Positions 10,399-20,345 of a DNA stretch of 58,694 nt are shown here, in pieces. Both the position numbers and the translations under genes were made by a program. Every line of letters begins with the position of its first letter. Positions within the stretch are counted from its first letter, which is position 1. The notes beneath the pieces were generated by a model, which saw only the letters and a program-made list of their open reading frames with translations, was not told the DNA's origin and did not search any database. The stretch lies in NCBI GenBank assembly GCA_016783155.1, contig JADHXB010000002.1, positions 1 to 58,694 on the forward strand. Reading direction: 5' to 3'. The stretch comes from Dehalococcoidia bacterium (lineage in GTDB: Bacteria; Chloroflexota; Dehalococcoidia; GIF9; UBA5629).

Positions 10399-11652
10399 TC
10401 ACCACTTCTCTTGGGTCAGTCTGGAAGTGAGCCATGTGCGTAGTGGTTCATCCAATGTACCAACCCTAGATTCCAGCCAGCGGATATCTCCACTCTCCAG
10501 CGCAGCCTTTGCTTCTGGCGTTAGATTATAAGCCTTGAGAGCCTGATAGGGATTGTCCGCCAGTTTAGCCAAGAACTTAGTGTCATCTCTAGCCCTCGCT
10601 AGCACTGATATCAGAGCCTTGGTCTCCACATCCAGATAGGCGGCCGCTTGTTCAGGCTGCACACGCAGTTTGGAGAGAACACCCTTAAGCCAAGACCTGG
10701 CAGCCACTGCTTCAGTAGCACGTTCCTTACGAAGGTACACAAGCCAATAGATGCTACCTACAAATGTGCCACCCACAATATTGCCCAGAGTAACTGGAAC
10801 CAGATTACCGGTGAAGCCAGCGATATTGAGATTTGCTACCTGGCTTGCAGTCACGCCAGCTATTTCAAGGACTTTGGCCTGTCCTGCCATAGCTATGCCC
10901 ACTGGAATGAAATACATATTAGCGATGCTGTGCTCAAAGCCGCAAGCTACGAAAGCCGTTATAGGGAAGAGGATGGCAAATATTTTATCAATGGTAGTGC
11001 GAGCGCCAAAACAGAGCCAAACAGCTAGACAGACCAGCGTATTGCATAAAATTCCACGGGCGAAAGCCGGCCAAAAAGCCAGGTTAACCTTGGCATTGGC
11101 AATCAGTAAGGCATTAGCACCAACCTTATAAGCATCCAGCGCCCAGAATTGGCTATAAAAAACCACAAGCACTAGAAGTAATGCCCCAACTAGATTGGTG
11201 AAATAAACTATGCCCCAGTTCTGAAACAACTGACCGAGCTTTATCTTACCACTGGCTCGGCTAGCCACCATAAGCGCGTTGCCAGTGAACAGCTCGGCTC
11301 CGGCTAGCACCACGAGAATAAGTCCTAGACAGAACACTATGCCGCCAAGCAACTTACTCAAGCCGAAACCCACCTGAATATCAGTGGTAACCAAGGTGCA
11401 AAACATAGCTCCCAAGCCAATGAAGAACCCCGCCAGTATGCCAAGAAGCGAGATAGTGAAGATATTACCGTTTGCTTTGGTTACGCCTATACCTTCCATT
11501 TTGAGTGCCATCTCTGCCGGTGGTCGACAATCAGGCGTAGCACAACTTTTCAGCTCATCTAACGCAGCCTGAAAGCGGGATACTTCCATCGGTGGAAGCT
11601 TCTCAGACTCTGACCTCTGTATTTCCCTACCCGATAATTTTAGGTTTGCCAC
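10399..11652 (-). CDS. Formate/nitrite transporter (FNT) family channel with N- and C-terminal extensions; C-terminal QEKW-domain fusion
   Basis: 417 aa. The core has six hydrophobic helices and FNT-like segments (TGNA..., FEHSIANMY). The last about 85 aa align with the two small proteins at 11665..11991 and 14883..15209. GTG start with RBS aggag. Confidence 0.8.
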   Translation of the reverse strand: MANLKLSGREIQRSESEKLPPMEVSRFQAALDELKSCATPDCRPPAEMALKMEGIGVTKANGNIFTISLLGILAGFFIGLGAMFCTLVTTDIQVGFGLSKLLGGIVFCLGLILVVLAGAELFTGNALMVASRASGKIKLGQLFQNWGIVYFTNLVGALLLVLVVFYSQFWALDAYKVGANALLIANAKVNLAFWPAFARGILCNTLVCLAVWLCFGARTTIDKIFAILFPITAFVACGFEHSIANMYFIPVGIAMAGQAKVLEIAGVTASQVANLNIAGFTGNLVPVTLGNIVGGTFVGSIYWLVYLRKERATEAVAARSWLKGVLSKLRVQPEQAAAYLDVETKALISVLARARDDTKFLAKLADNPYQALKAYNLTPEAKAALESGDIRWLESRVGTLDEPLRTWLTSRLTQEKW

Positions 11653-11664
11653 GGTTTCACTCCT

Positions 11665-11991
11665 TTACCACTTCTCCTGAGATAGTCTGTACAACAGCCA
11701 GGTTGACAAACGCTTGTCCAGCTTGCCCACCCAACTCTCAATCTTCTGGATATCACCGCTGGATAGAGCCGCTTTCTCCTCCTGAGTCAGTGTGTAATAC
11801 TCCTTGAGAGCTTCATGAGAGTCATCTGCCAGACGGGTCATGAACTCAGGCTCATCGGCTGCTCTAGCTAGCACAGACATTACCGCCCACCTTCCAGCTA
11901 AGCCCTCCTTTGGAACAACTGTGGGTGCATTGACGAGCCCCTCGAGTGTTTCAGCAGTTTCCTCGGTCCTTCCGCGAACTTGCTTAGTCAT
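11665..11991 (-). CDS. Small soluble protein consisting of the QEKW-terminal domain (LigA-subunit-like helical domain, tentative)
   Basis: I chose the ATG at 11991 because the RBS gaaggaggtga precedes it, giving 108 aa. The C-terminal 80 aa are SVLARAADEPEFMTRLADD..LTQEEKAALSSGDIQKIESWVGKLDKRLSTWLLYRLSQEKW. Its stop lies 12 nt before the FNT start. Confidence 0.6.
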   Translation of the reverse strand: MTKQVRGRTEETAETLEGLVNAPTVVPKEGLAGRWAVMSVLARAADEPEFMTRLADDSHEALKEYYTLTQEEKAALSSGDIQKIESWVGKLDKRLSTWLLYRLSQEKW

Positions 11992-12138
11992 TTTTGTCAC
12001 CTCCTTCTCTACTTTCTCTGTCTTAAATGTAGCAACTGCCAAAGTATCCCTCATCGGTCCTCAGTTCTAATTTCAATAGGACTTTGGGCGTGTCCAAAAG
12101 TAGTAGACATCTGGTTGAACTGTTGGCCAGAAGGACAC

Positions 12139-14106
12139 CTAAATCCTCTCCTTCACCAGTACATCAACCACTAACGGGTCAGTCAGAGTGGTTGTGTCAC
12201 CCAATTGCTCTACGTCACCAGCAGCAATCTTGGTCAATATTCGCCTCATAATCTTGCCGCTCCTAGTCTTGGGTAAAGCATCAGAAAATTGAATCTTATC
12301 CGGCGTGGCTATAGGGCCAATTTCCTTACGGACGTGAGCTACCAACTCCTTCTTGAGAGCATCAGCTTTCTCCACACCGGCTTTTAGGGTAACAAAAGCA
12401 TAAATGCCTTGCCCTTTTATTTCATGGGGCATACCAACAACTGCCGCTTCTGTAACCTTATCATGAGACACCAGAGCACTTTCAACCTCAGCTGTGCCTA
12501 TGCGGTGACCCGAAACATTGATCACATCGTCTATACGACCCATCAACCAGTAAAAGCCATCTTCATCTATCCTGGCTCCATCTCCTGTTGTATACACACC
12601 AGGGAACTGAACAAAGTAAGTGTTCTTGAATCTCTCTGGATCACCATAGACCCGTCGCATCAAACCTGGCCAGGGTCTTTTAATCACTAGATAACCCCCT
12701 TCACCAACATCAGCAACAGAACCATCATCCCTTAGCACTGCTGGCTCAATTCCAGGAAATGGCAATGTCGCCGACCCCGGTTTAAGTGGAGTAGCACCCG
12801 GTAAAGGGGTAATTAATACTCCGCCTGTTTCTGTTTGCCACCAGGTATCTAAAACTGGGCACTTACCTTTACCTATTACATTGTAATACCACATCCAGGC
12901 CTCAGGATTTATGGGTTCGCCTACTACACCCAAGATTCGCAAAGAGCTCAAATCATGCTTATCTGGCCAGTCATCCCCTTCCCTCATTATCGCTCTTATA
13001 GCAGTGGGAGCAGTGTAGAAAATACTGACCTGGTACTTTTCCACAATGTCCCAGAATCTATCGGCGTGGGGATACGTTGGCACCCCTTCAAACATAAGGA
13101 CTGTTGCTCCGTAAGCCAGAGGGCCATAAACTATATAGGAATGTCCTGTCACCCAGCCAATGTCTGCAGTACACCAGAAAGTATCTTCTTCCTTCATGTC
13201 AAAAATCCACTTAAAGGTCTGATAGCAGTACAGCAGATAACCTGCTTGAGTATGGAGAACTCCTTTGGGCTTCCCAGTGCTGCCACTGGTATACAATATA
13301 AACAGAGGGTCCTCAGCATCCATAACCTCGGGCTCACACTGTGCCTTAACGCCATCAGCAGCCATCTCATCATCCCACCAGTAGTCACGCCCTTCCTTCA
13401 TAGCTACTTCAATATTAGCCCTCTTGACCACTATCACGTCTTTTAGCTCAGGACAGGCCTGGAGAGCTTCATCTGCATTGTCCTTACTGCGAATAATCTT
13501 GCCGCCGCGATAGTAACCATCTACACAAACGAGCAACGTAGACCCGCAGTCAAGCATCCTATCCCCCAACGCATCAGCACTGAAACCGCCAAAAACAACA
13601 CTGTGTATAGCACCAATCCTGGCACAAGCCAGCATAGCAATCGGCAACTCGACAAGCATAGGAAGGTAAATAGATACCCTATCCCCCTTCTTAACGCCAT
13701 GCTTTTTCAGCACATTAGCGAATTTGCACACCTCTCGATACAGCTGTTGATAGGTGAGTATCTTTCTATCACCAACGTCACCTTCCCAAATCAATGCTGC
13801 CTTATTCCTTCTCCATGTCCTCACATGCCTATCCAAGCAATTGTGGCAAACATTGAGTTTACCCCCCACAAACCACTCATGGTTGCCCTCCTTGAAATCC
13901 TCAACAAGTACTTTATCCCATCTCTTATACCAATCTAACTGCCCAGCCATCTCTCCCCAGAATCCCTCTGGATCATCAATAGACCACTGATAGATATCTT
14001 TATACTCGACCAAACTCCTGATATACGCCCTATCACCTAGCTCCTTCGGAGGACTGAAAACTCTTTTCTCTTCCATCATTGAGCTAATTGCTTTAACATC
14101 TGCCAT
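12139..14106 (-). CDS. acs: Acetyl-CoA synthetase (AMP-forming)
   Basis: It has the [14 protein letters not shown]-binding motif, [24 protein letters not shown] and C-terminal SGKIMRR. I chose the ATG at 14106 (MADVKAIS) after the RBS aaaggag. The longer ORF would overlap the upstream gene. Confidence 0.92.
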   Translation of the reverse strand: MADVKAISSMMEEKRVFSPPKELGDRAYIRSLVEYKDIYQWSIDDPEGFWGEMAGQLDWYKRWDKVLVEDFKEGNHEWFVGGKLNVCHNCLDRHVRTWRRNKAALIWEGDVGDRKILTYQQLYREVCKFANVLKKHGVKKGDRVSIYLPMLVELPIAMLACARIGAIHSVVFGGFSADALGDRMLDCGSTLLVCVDGYYRGGKIIRSKDNADEALQACPELKDVIVVKRANIEVAMKEGRDYWWDDEMAADGVKAQCEPEVMDAEDPLFILYTSGSTGKPKGVLHTQAGYLLYCYQTFKWIFDMKEEDTFWCTADIGWVTGHSYIVYGPLAYGATVLMFEGVPTYPHADRFWDIVEKYQVSIFYTAPTAIRAIMREGDDWPDKHDLSSLRILGVVGEPINPEAWMWYYNVIGKGKCPVLDTWWQTETGGVLITPLPGATPLKPGSATLPFPGIEPAVLRDDGSVADVGEGGYLVIKRPWPGLMRRVYGDPERFKNTYFVQFPGVYTTGDGARIDEDGFYWLMGRIDDVINVSGHRIGTAEVESALVSHDKVTEAAVVGMPHEIKGQGIYAFVTLKAGVEKADALKKELVAHVRKEIGPIATPDKIQFSDALPKTRSGKIMRRILTKIAAGDVEQLGDTTTLTDPLVVDVLVKERI

Positions 14107-14149
14107 TGCTAAACTCCTTTCTAAATTTGGGCAATTTCGGATATCTGAC

Positions 14150-14605
14150 TCACACCTGCGAAGTAACACCTAGCAATTGAGCGTATGCCTGGCGCAGCCG
14201 CATTGATACCACACGTGCAATTCCCCTGGATACCCTACAGCCTATCTCAGGCTTGGTGACACACAAAGAGGATAATTCCTGACCGTCAAAGGCTAACACC
14301 TTTGTCTTCTCTAGAGCTTTCACTGTAGCAGTACAGATATATGGGTCGAGCATGGCTGACCAACCAAACACCTCATAGTCAGTTACGGCTTGAACTTGGC
14401 GCTGGGCAAGCGGCCCAACTTCCAGGATAATTCCCACCGCACCATACTCAATTACACAAAGTCTCTCTTCCTTGCAACCCTGCTTGCAGACAATTACACC
14501 GGCCCCAAATTCTTCAGGATTGCACATCTTCTCCACTTCGCGAAGCTGCTTATCATCCAAGGCTCGAAACATGTCACACTTCCTCAGTACATCAAATTTC
14601 TCCAT
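14150..14605 (-). CDS. Stand-alone cyclic-nucleotide-binding (CAP effector) domain protein, no HTH
   Basis: 151 aa counted from [21 protein letters not shown]. This is a typical cNMP-binding domain N-terminus followed by a beta-roll pattern. The RBS aaggggga lies upstream. Confidence 0.65.
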   Translation of the reverse strand: MEKFDVLRKCDMFRALDDKQLREVEKMCNPEEFGAGVIVCKQGCKEERLCVIEYGAVGIILEVGPLAQRQVQAVTDYEVFGWSAMLDPYICTATVKALEKTKVLAFDGQELSSLCVTKPEIGCRVSRGIARVVSMRLRQAYAQLLGVTSQV

Positions 14606-14691
14606 TTTTTCGTCCCCCTTTACTTTTATTTGCCTGTACATCAAAAAACCAATCGCTCCTCAGCTGCTACCACAGCTGTGTGTTACTAGCC

Positions 14692-14868
14692 TCAACCCCG
14701 GCAGTCATCTTGGGTTGTCGACCTATATCTTGTGGTGTCAAGTCGCAACCTCAGCACTCTCTGAACAGCACTGCTAATACTATGCATATTCGAATACAAA
14801 ACGATTGCTGCTAGAAACAGACCAGCGGAGATTGCCAGGCCCAGAACCACGATGAGCTGCCATTGCAT
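14692..14868 (-). CDS. Possible small single-pass membrane protein
   Basis: MQWQLIVVLGLAISAGLFLAAIVLYSN forms one TM helix followed by a basic tail. The ATG sits 11 nt after the upstream stop, with aggaga as the RBS. This is the same junction geometry as the paralog/FNT pair. I recognise no homology. Confidence 0.3.
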   Translation of the reverse strand: MQWQLIVVLGLAISAGLFLAAIVLYSNMHSISSAVQRVLRLRLDTTRYRSTTQDDCRG

Positions 14869-14882
14869 TGTTTCTGTCTCCT

Positions 14883-15209
14883 TTACCACTTCTCTTGAGA
14901 TAGTCGATGCCACAGCCAGGTTGACAAACGCTTGTCAAGCTTGCCCACCCAACTCTCAATCTTTTGGATATCACCACTGGCTAAAGCCGCCTTTTCCCCC
15001 TGGGTCAATGTGTAGTACTCCTTAAGGGCTCCATGCGGGTCATCTGCCAAGCGGGACATGAATTCAGGCTCATCAGCTGCCCTAGCCAGCACAGATAATA
15101 TCGCCCAACTTCCGGCCAAGCCATCTCTCGGAACGACAATAGGTGCCTTGATCAGTCTATCGGTTGCCTCGGTAGTTTCTTCAATCTTCCCATTAACCAG
15201 CTTATCCAT
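14883..15209 (-). CDS. Second copy of the small QEKW-terminal domain protein
   Basis: 108 aa from the ATG at 15209 (RBS ggag). The C-terminal 80 aa are nearly identical to 11665..11991, and the DNA is also clearly homologous. Confidence 0.6.
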   Translation of the reverse strand: MDKLVNGKIEETTEATDRLIKAPIVVPRDGLAGSWAILSVLARAADEPEFMSRLADDPHGALKEYYTLTQGEKAALASGDIQKIESWVGKLDKRLSTWLWHRLSQEKW

Positions 15210-15416
15210 TCCTGTCGCTCCATTATCTTTTAACTTGCTTCTCTGTTCTAACTGTAGCAATTAGTAGTTTGACTCTCATCGGTCTTTAGCTCTAATTTAA
15301 ATAGTACTTTGGCCCATATCCCAATACGAGGTATTCGACATGCTTGACCATAATTATTGTTTCTTTTGGCTGATATAGCTTATAATTGGTGTTGAATCTG
15401 CCTGGAGCCATAAAAG

Positions 15417-16106
15417 GTGAAACCGAGGACTAGAATCTTAATCGCCGATGACCATCCTTTGTTGCGCGAAGCGCTATGCCAGGTATTTTCCAGCCAAAAA
15501 GACATGGAGATAGTTGGCCAGGCAGGCAATGGCGAGGAAGCTATTGACCTAGCCTCCCAATTGAAGCCAGATATCCTGGTTATGGATATTATGATGCCCA
15601 AATTTGATGGCCTTGAAGCTAGCCGACAGATTAAGAAGATTGCTCCCAATACAGCCATATTGATTCTCACCGCCTATGACGATGATAACTATGTACTTGG
15701 ACTGCTCGAGGCCGGAGCGACTGGTTACTTGATGAAGAGTGCTAAGGGACAGGACTTAGTAGAAGCTGTGCGGGCTGTACGAGCCGGAGAGTCAGTACTG
15801 CACCCTAAGATTATCGAGAAGCTGCTCAAACAAGCCATGGTTAAACCAGTCGAAACTGCAGAGCATAAGATAAAGAACCTTCTGAGCGACCGGGAGATGG
15901 AAATGCTGAAGTTGCTGGCTACCGGAATGAGCAACAAAAAGATAGCCGAAAAACTATGCCTGAGCCTGCGTACTGTTAAGGCTCACATGTCCAATATCTT
16001 CACCAAGATGAATGTCGCTTCGAGAAGTGAAGCTCTTGTTGAAGCCCTAAGAAAGGGACTACTTACCTTGGAAGATATCAAACAAGCTGGTACCCCAGAA
16101 GACTAG
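15417..16106 (+). CDS. Response regulator, NarL/LuxR family (REC + LuxR HTH)
   Basis: It has ILIADDHPLLRE, DILVMDIMMPKFDG and a C-terminal LSDREMEMLKLLATGMSNKKIAEKL...TVKAHMSNI. GTG start. Confidence 0.9.
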   Translation: MKPRTRILIADDHPLLREALCQVFSSQKDMEIVGQAGNGEEAIDLASQLKPDILVMDIMMPKFDGLEASRQIKKIAPNTAILILTAYDDDNYVLGLLEAGATGYLMKSAKGQDLVEAVRAVRAGESVLHPKIIEKLLKQAMVKPVETAEHKIKNLLSDREMEMLKLLATGMSNKKIAEKLCLSLRTVKAHMSNIFTKMNVASRSEALVEALRKGLLTLEDIKQAGTPED

Positions 16107-16166
16107 AATAGATTGATACTTGAACTAATATTCCTCACAAGTAATTAAAAACAAAGATCCGGGACA

Positions 16167-17603
16167 ATGGCTGATAGATGGCGAATCTTCAATATTTGTT
16201 TCATAACCCTCCTCTTTCTACTTCTGACTCTGTCCCACTACGATGAGCTTTTAGTTGGCATACCTGTAATAGCCGATGTATCTATCACTTCGCTCCTTGG
16301 TTTATCAAGGCATGCCATAGAGCGATTCCTTTATATCTTAATAATAATCTATGCTGGCTGGTCACTAGGAACAAAGTTCGGCATTGCGATATTGTTGGCC
16401 TCTGCTCTCGTTATGCTTCCTCGAGCACTATTTGCCTCCACCAATCCCATAGACGCCATAACTGAGAGCATCGCTGCGCTTACTATCAGCGGCTTAAGTA
16501 TTTCACTAATTCAAATGCACCGCGGATGGTACTGGCAAAAGCAAAAGCTGCGTGGAATCAAAGTAGCCTTAAGAACATCCAAAGAGAGTTACGAGGAGCT
16601 CTTTACTAATGCCAGTGATGCTATCTGGGTTCATGACATGGATGGCAAGATGGTGATAGCCAACAAAGCTTGCGAGAAAGTCACTGGCTATCCGCCAGAC
16701 GAATTAACAGGCAAAAATGTTTCCGAAATTATGTCCCCCGATGCACTGAGCATAGCTCGAGAGATCAAAACCAAGCTCATGAAAGGCCAATCCATAGACC
16801 AGCGCTATGATCAAAGATTTATTAAAAAAGATGGCTCAGAAGCAATTGTAGAGTTATTTACTCGCCTAATCAGAGTCGATGGCAAGCCCTCCGCTTTTCA
16901 GAATATTGCGCGGGATGTGACCGAGGAAAGAAGGCTGAGGGACAATCTCCGCCTTCAAATTCACAAAACTCTAATGGCACAGGAAGAGGAACGAAAGCGC
17001 ATTGCTCGGGAGCTCCATGATGACGTTGCTCAATCAATATTGCTATTATCGCGCCGGCTGGACATCCTTATAGCAGGAGGTACCCATAAGCCACCAAAAG
17101 CCTCAGTAAACGAGCTGGAAGACATACAGGCCATAGCCAATGGGGCCTATAAGAGCTTGCAGCGCTACGCACGTGATTTGAGGCCAAGCATTTTGGACCA
17201 GATGGGACTGATAGCAGCACTGAATTGGTTAGCTGAGGAGCTTGGCAAAGAGCTGGGTATCAAAACTACGGTGAAAGCAGATAAATTGCCCCCACTACCA
17301 TCAGAAACAGAGCTAGCCATGTTCCGCATTGCTCAGGAGGCATTGAACAATGTCCGGAAGCATGCTCAAGCTTCCAAAGTCAAATTCGTAGTGGAGTCGA
17401 GCTCAAGTAATATGAGAATGATTGTCACAGACAACGGCAAGGGTTTCTTAACATCCAGATTGACCGGGAATCTGGCAAAAGAAGGAAAACTTGGCATCTT
17501 GGGAATGGAAGAACGAGCACGTCTTATTGGAGGTAACATACAGATAAAATCCGAGCCAGGCAAAGGCACAATTGTGATTGCCAAAGCACCGATCCAAACT
17601 TGA
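16167..17603 (+). CDS. Sensor histidine kinase (membrane domain + PAS + HisKA_3 + HATPase)
   Basis: It has N-terminal TM helices, a PAS-like segment (YEELFTNASDAIWVHD), the H-box ARELHDDVAQ, and N/G boxes (EALNNVRKHA, DNGKGF, GILGMEERA). Confidence 0.85.
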   Translation: MADRWRIFNICFITLLFLLLTLSHYDELLVGIPVIADVSITSLLGLSRHAIERFLYILIIIYAGWSLGTKFGIAILLASALVMLPRALFASTNPIDAITESIAALTISGLSISLIQMHRGWYWQKQKLRGIKVALRTSKESYEELFTNASDAIWVHDMDGKMVIANKACEKVTGYPPDELTGKNVSEIMSPDALSIAREIKTKLMKGQSIDQRYDQRFIKKDGSEAIVELFTRLIRVDGKPSAFQNIARDVTEERRLRDNLRLQIHKTLMAQEEERKRIARELHDDVAQSILLLSRRLDILIAGGTHKPPKASVNELEDIQAIANGAYKSLQRYARDLRPSILDQMGLIAALNWLAEELGKELGIKTTVKADKLPPLPSETELAMFRIAQEALNNVRKHAQASKVKFVVESSSSNMRMIVTDNGKGFLTSRLTGNLAKEGKLGILGMEERARLIGGNIQIKSEPGKGTIVIAKAPIQT

Positions 17604-17697
17604 TAGAGAGACCCATCCTGCTGTATTCTGAAGCGAAGTTCCTTTCGCTTATATCACAGTAATTTTATACCGCCTATGGTAAAAACAGGACAGAAAA

Positions 17698-18549
17698 ATG
17701 GGATTGTCAAACACCCCGCAAGTTAAACAATTTATTGCCCAGGCTATGGCCGAAGACCTAGTCCAAGGAGATGTGACTACCGAGGCGCTAATACCTAAGA
17801 CCCAGCAAGGAAGAGCATCAATCGTAGCCAAGGCGAGTGGAATCATAGCCGGGGTCGAGGTAGCCAAACAGGTTTTCCTCAAAGTCGACCCTGAATTAAA
17901 GCTAGCCATCCTTATTGAAGATGGGACTGAGGTTAAGCCTGGGGATATAGTAGCAAAAATAGAAGGCAGGGTCGCCAGCATATTAAAAGCCGAGCGTGTA
18001 GCCTTAAACCTCCTGCAACGTCTCAGCGGCATTGCCTCAGAAACAAATCACTACGTCCAAGCCGTCAAGGGACTACCCGTTCAAATCACTGACACCAGGA
18101 AAACTACACCTGGTTTAAGAACACTGGAAAAATATGCTGTACGAGTTGGCGGCGGTAAAAACCACCGCATGCACCTCGGAGATGGTATTTTAATCAAGGA
18201 CAACCACCTGGCAGCACTTCGTCACCAAGGGCTAAGTATAAAGGAAATTGTGACCAAAACCCGCCAGAAAGCATCGCCGAAGCTAAAAATCGAGGTTGAA
18301 GTCAAGACCCCGCGGGAAGCTGTTGAAGCTGCCGGAGCCGGAGCCGATATTATCATGCTGGATAACATGGGCCTTGAGGATATGCGCCAGGCTGCCCAGC
18401 TAATCAAAGGTCGAGCTTTAATCGAAGCATCCGGAGGAATTACTCTAGATAAAGTTAGAGCAGTTGCTGAAACAGGCGTTGACCTTATCTCAATAGGGGC
18501 CCTTACCCACTCCGCCAAAGCCTTAGATATAAGCCTAGAACTAGACTAA
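17698..18549 (+). CDS. nadC: Nicotinate-nucleotide pyrophosphorylase (quinolinate phosphoribosyltransferase)
   Basis: 283 aa with AERVALNLLQRLSGIA, DTRKTTPGLR, GGGKNHR and IMLDNM motifs. Confidence 0.9.
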   Translation: MGLSNTPQVKQFIAQAMAEDLVQGDVTTEALIPKTQQGRASIVAKASGIIAGVEVAKQVFLKVDPELKLAILIEDGTEVKPGDIVAKIEGRVASILKAERVALNLLQRLSGIASETNHYVQAVKGLPVQITDTRKTTPGLRTLEKYAVRVGGGKNHRMHLGDGILIKDNHLAALRHQGLSIKEIVTKTRQKASPKLKIEVEVKTPREAVEAAGAGADIIMLDNMGLEDMRQAAQLIKGRALIEASGGITLDKVRAVAETGVDLISIGALTHSAKALDISLELD

Positions 18550-18564
18550 CCTCCTGGCAACCTA

Positions 18565-19272
18565 TTAATGGGCTAGTCCATAAGTTTTAAGCAACCTAAT
18601 ATCATCCAAGATGTCTCCTTTATCACCATCAGCCACTATCTTGCCTTCATCCATCACCACAATCCTACCACACAAAGCCCTTACCAATTCCAGGTCATGA
18701 GTGGCAATGATCTTGGTCATGGGAAGCTGTTTCAGTAGCTCAATTAAAGACCATTTGCTTCTCGGGTCGAGGTTGCTAGTAGGTTCATCAATGACCAGAA
18801 CCTCCGGGGCCAAAGACAGAACAGTGGCAATAGCAATACGTTTTTTCTCACCAACGCTGAGATGATGTGGTGAACGCTGCTCATATCCCCCCATCTCCAC
18901 CCATTCCAGAGCTTGTGCCACACGCTGTCCCACCTCAGACTCGGCATAGCCCATGTTTATAGGGCCAAAGGCTACATCATCAAAGACGTTCAGCGAGAAA
19001 AGCTGGTCTTCAGGATTCTGAAATACCAGGCCAACTTTTTTCCTTATCTCCTTCAGCTTCTTTTCTTCCACGGCTAAGCCGCAAATCTTCACAGTGCTAT
19101 TGCCACGGAGGATGCCATTAAGGTGAAGCAAAAGCGTTGATTTTCCAGCGCCATTGGGGCCAATCACCGCCACATTCTCACCTGGATAGACAACCAAGTT
19201 AACGCTTATCAGCCCCTGATGCCCATCAGGATAGTTAAAAGAAAGGTTTTTGATTTCTATAACTTTATCCAT
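18565..19272 (-). CDS. cbiO: ECF-type Co/Ni transporter ATPase (CbiO/NikO-like)
   Basis: It has Walker A GPNGAGKST, the signature LSVGEKKR and Walker B VLVIDEP. It is the last gene of the cbiM-N-Q-O arrangement. Confidence 0.85.
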   Translation of the reverse strand: MDKVIEIKNLSFNYPDGHQGLISVNLVVYPGENVAVIGPNGAGKSTLLLHLNGILRGNSTVKICGLAVEEKKLKEIRKKVGLVFQNPEDQLFSLNVFDDVAFGPINMGYAESEVGQRVAQALEWVEMGGYEQRSPHHLSVGEKKRIAIATVLSLAPEVLVIDEPTSNLDPRSKWSLIELLKQLPMTKIIATHDLELVRALCGRIVVMDEGKIVADGDKGDILDDIRLLKTYGLAH

Positions 19273-19283
19273 AGTCTACAATT

Positions 19284-20054
19284 CTACCACCAGATAACAC
19301 ACGGGAAAATGAGCACGAGACAAAAGACTGCACCGAAATAAGCGTCAGCTTGTTTGAAGCTTAGTTTATGCAACGTGCGAACTTGACCATCAAAACCTCT
19401 GGCTAACATGGCAGCATAAATTCTCTCACCTCTCTCATAGCTCCTTATAAAAAGGGTGCCAACCATGTTGCCTATGGTCTTAAGTTGATGCAGTCGGCGG
19501 CCTCCAAAGTTACGGCTATCGCGCGCTTGCTGCATCCGCATTACTTCATCCACAAGAACAAAAATATAGCGATACATAAATGAGAGAATTAATATCATCA
19601 CCTGTGGCACGCCTAATTGCTTCAAGCTTTTTAGCAGGTCGGCAAGCCTTGTCGTCGATGACAGCAGAATCAGAGCTAAAATACATAGCCAGGCTTTCAC
19701 CACCACATTTGCCAGAATAAACAAGCCGCTGTAAGTTACCGAGACCTGCCACATCCAGACGTTATAGCTACCAGCCACTTCTCCTTCTTTGAAAAAGGGA
19801 ATAAAAATAGCGGTCAGCAAAACAAAGGGGAAAATAACAAGAGACCTCTTCATGACATAAATGGGCGGCAACTTGGAAAAGATTAGCAAAGCAACGATGA
19901 TACAGAAGTAGAAAGCAAAAACTCGCCAGTTGCTAGCCGGTGTCAATACCACCGCTACGATGAAAGCCAGGCTAGCGATGAGCTTAGTCCGCGGGTCAAG
20001 CCTGTGGATAAAGCTGTCTAAGCCGCTATATTCGTCAATAAAACTATGCTTCAC
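19284..20054 (-). CDS. cbiQ: ECF transporter transmembrane (T) component, CbiQ-like
   Basis: 256 aa and polytopic. It starts with LDPRTKL, and ARG-type loops follow (RSYERGERIYAAMLARGF). Confidence 0.8.
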   Translation of the reverse strand: MKHSFIDEYSGLDSFIHRLDPRTKLIASLAFIVAVVLTPASNWRVFAFYFCIIVALLIFSKLPPIYVMKRSLVIFPFVLLTAIFIPFFKEGEVAGSYNVWMWQVSVTYSGLFILANVVVKAWLCILALILLSSTTRLADLLKSLKQLGVPQVMILILSFMYRYIFVLVDEVMRMQQARDSRNFGGRRLHQLKTIGNMVGTLFIRSYERGERIYAAMLARGFDGQVRTLHKLSFKQADAYFGAVFCLVLIFPCVIWW

Positions 20055-20328
20055 CTCTTGCCCTCAACAGTTTGGCTAATCCATAACCGATGCCAAAGAG
20101 GATAAGAGTGCCCATTATTCCAGCCAGAATTGTGGCCACAGCTTCATTCGGCACGCCGGGTATCACATAGTCAGGCACAATTTCAAAAAAAGGCTCAAGA
20201 GCTGTGCTAATAAAACCCTTATCCTCAGCCACTTTCTCCAGACCGTCTGGCGACGAAGAAGCTAAAGGAGACAATATCGCCAACAACAAAGCTAAAATCA
20301 GAGCTCCATGCCACCATTTGAATTTCAT
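20044..20328 (-). CDS. PDGLE-domain small membrane protein (CbiN/NikN-position component)
   Basis: It has a signal or TM helix, then SSSPDGLEKV, then a C-terminal TM. I chose the ATG at 20328 after the RBS ggaggtga. It sits between the M and Q components. Confidence 0.6.
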   Translation of the reverse strand: MKFKWWHGALILALLLAILSPLASSSPDGLEKVAEDKGFISTALEPFFEIVPDYVIPGVPNEAVATILAGIMGTLILFGIGYGLAKLLRARGEA

Positions 20329-20345
20329 TTCTGATTTCACCTCCA

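Noticed and set aside
12040-12075. The gaccgatgag(g/a)g block in the conserved QEKW leaders resembles the hammerhead CUGAUGAG core.
   Set aside because: The sequence is CCGAUGAG, so the invariant U is replaced. I found no matching GAAA core or three-stem arrangement around it.
14107-14169. The ORF track gives extended N-termini for several genes: acs from 14169, the hdrD-like gene from 3806, atpE from 24348, atpD from 28275 and the fur-like gene from 21529.
   Set aside because: Internal starts are preceded by clear GGAGG-type RBSs and remove overlaps with upstream genes or promoters. The extensions lack family similarity.
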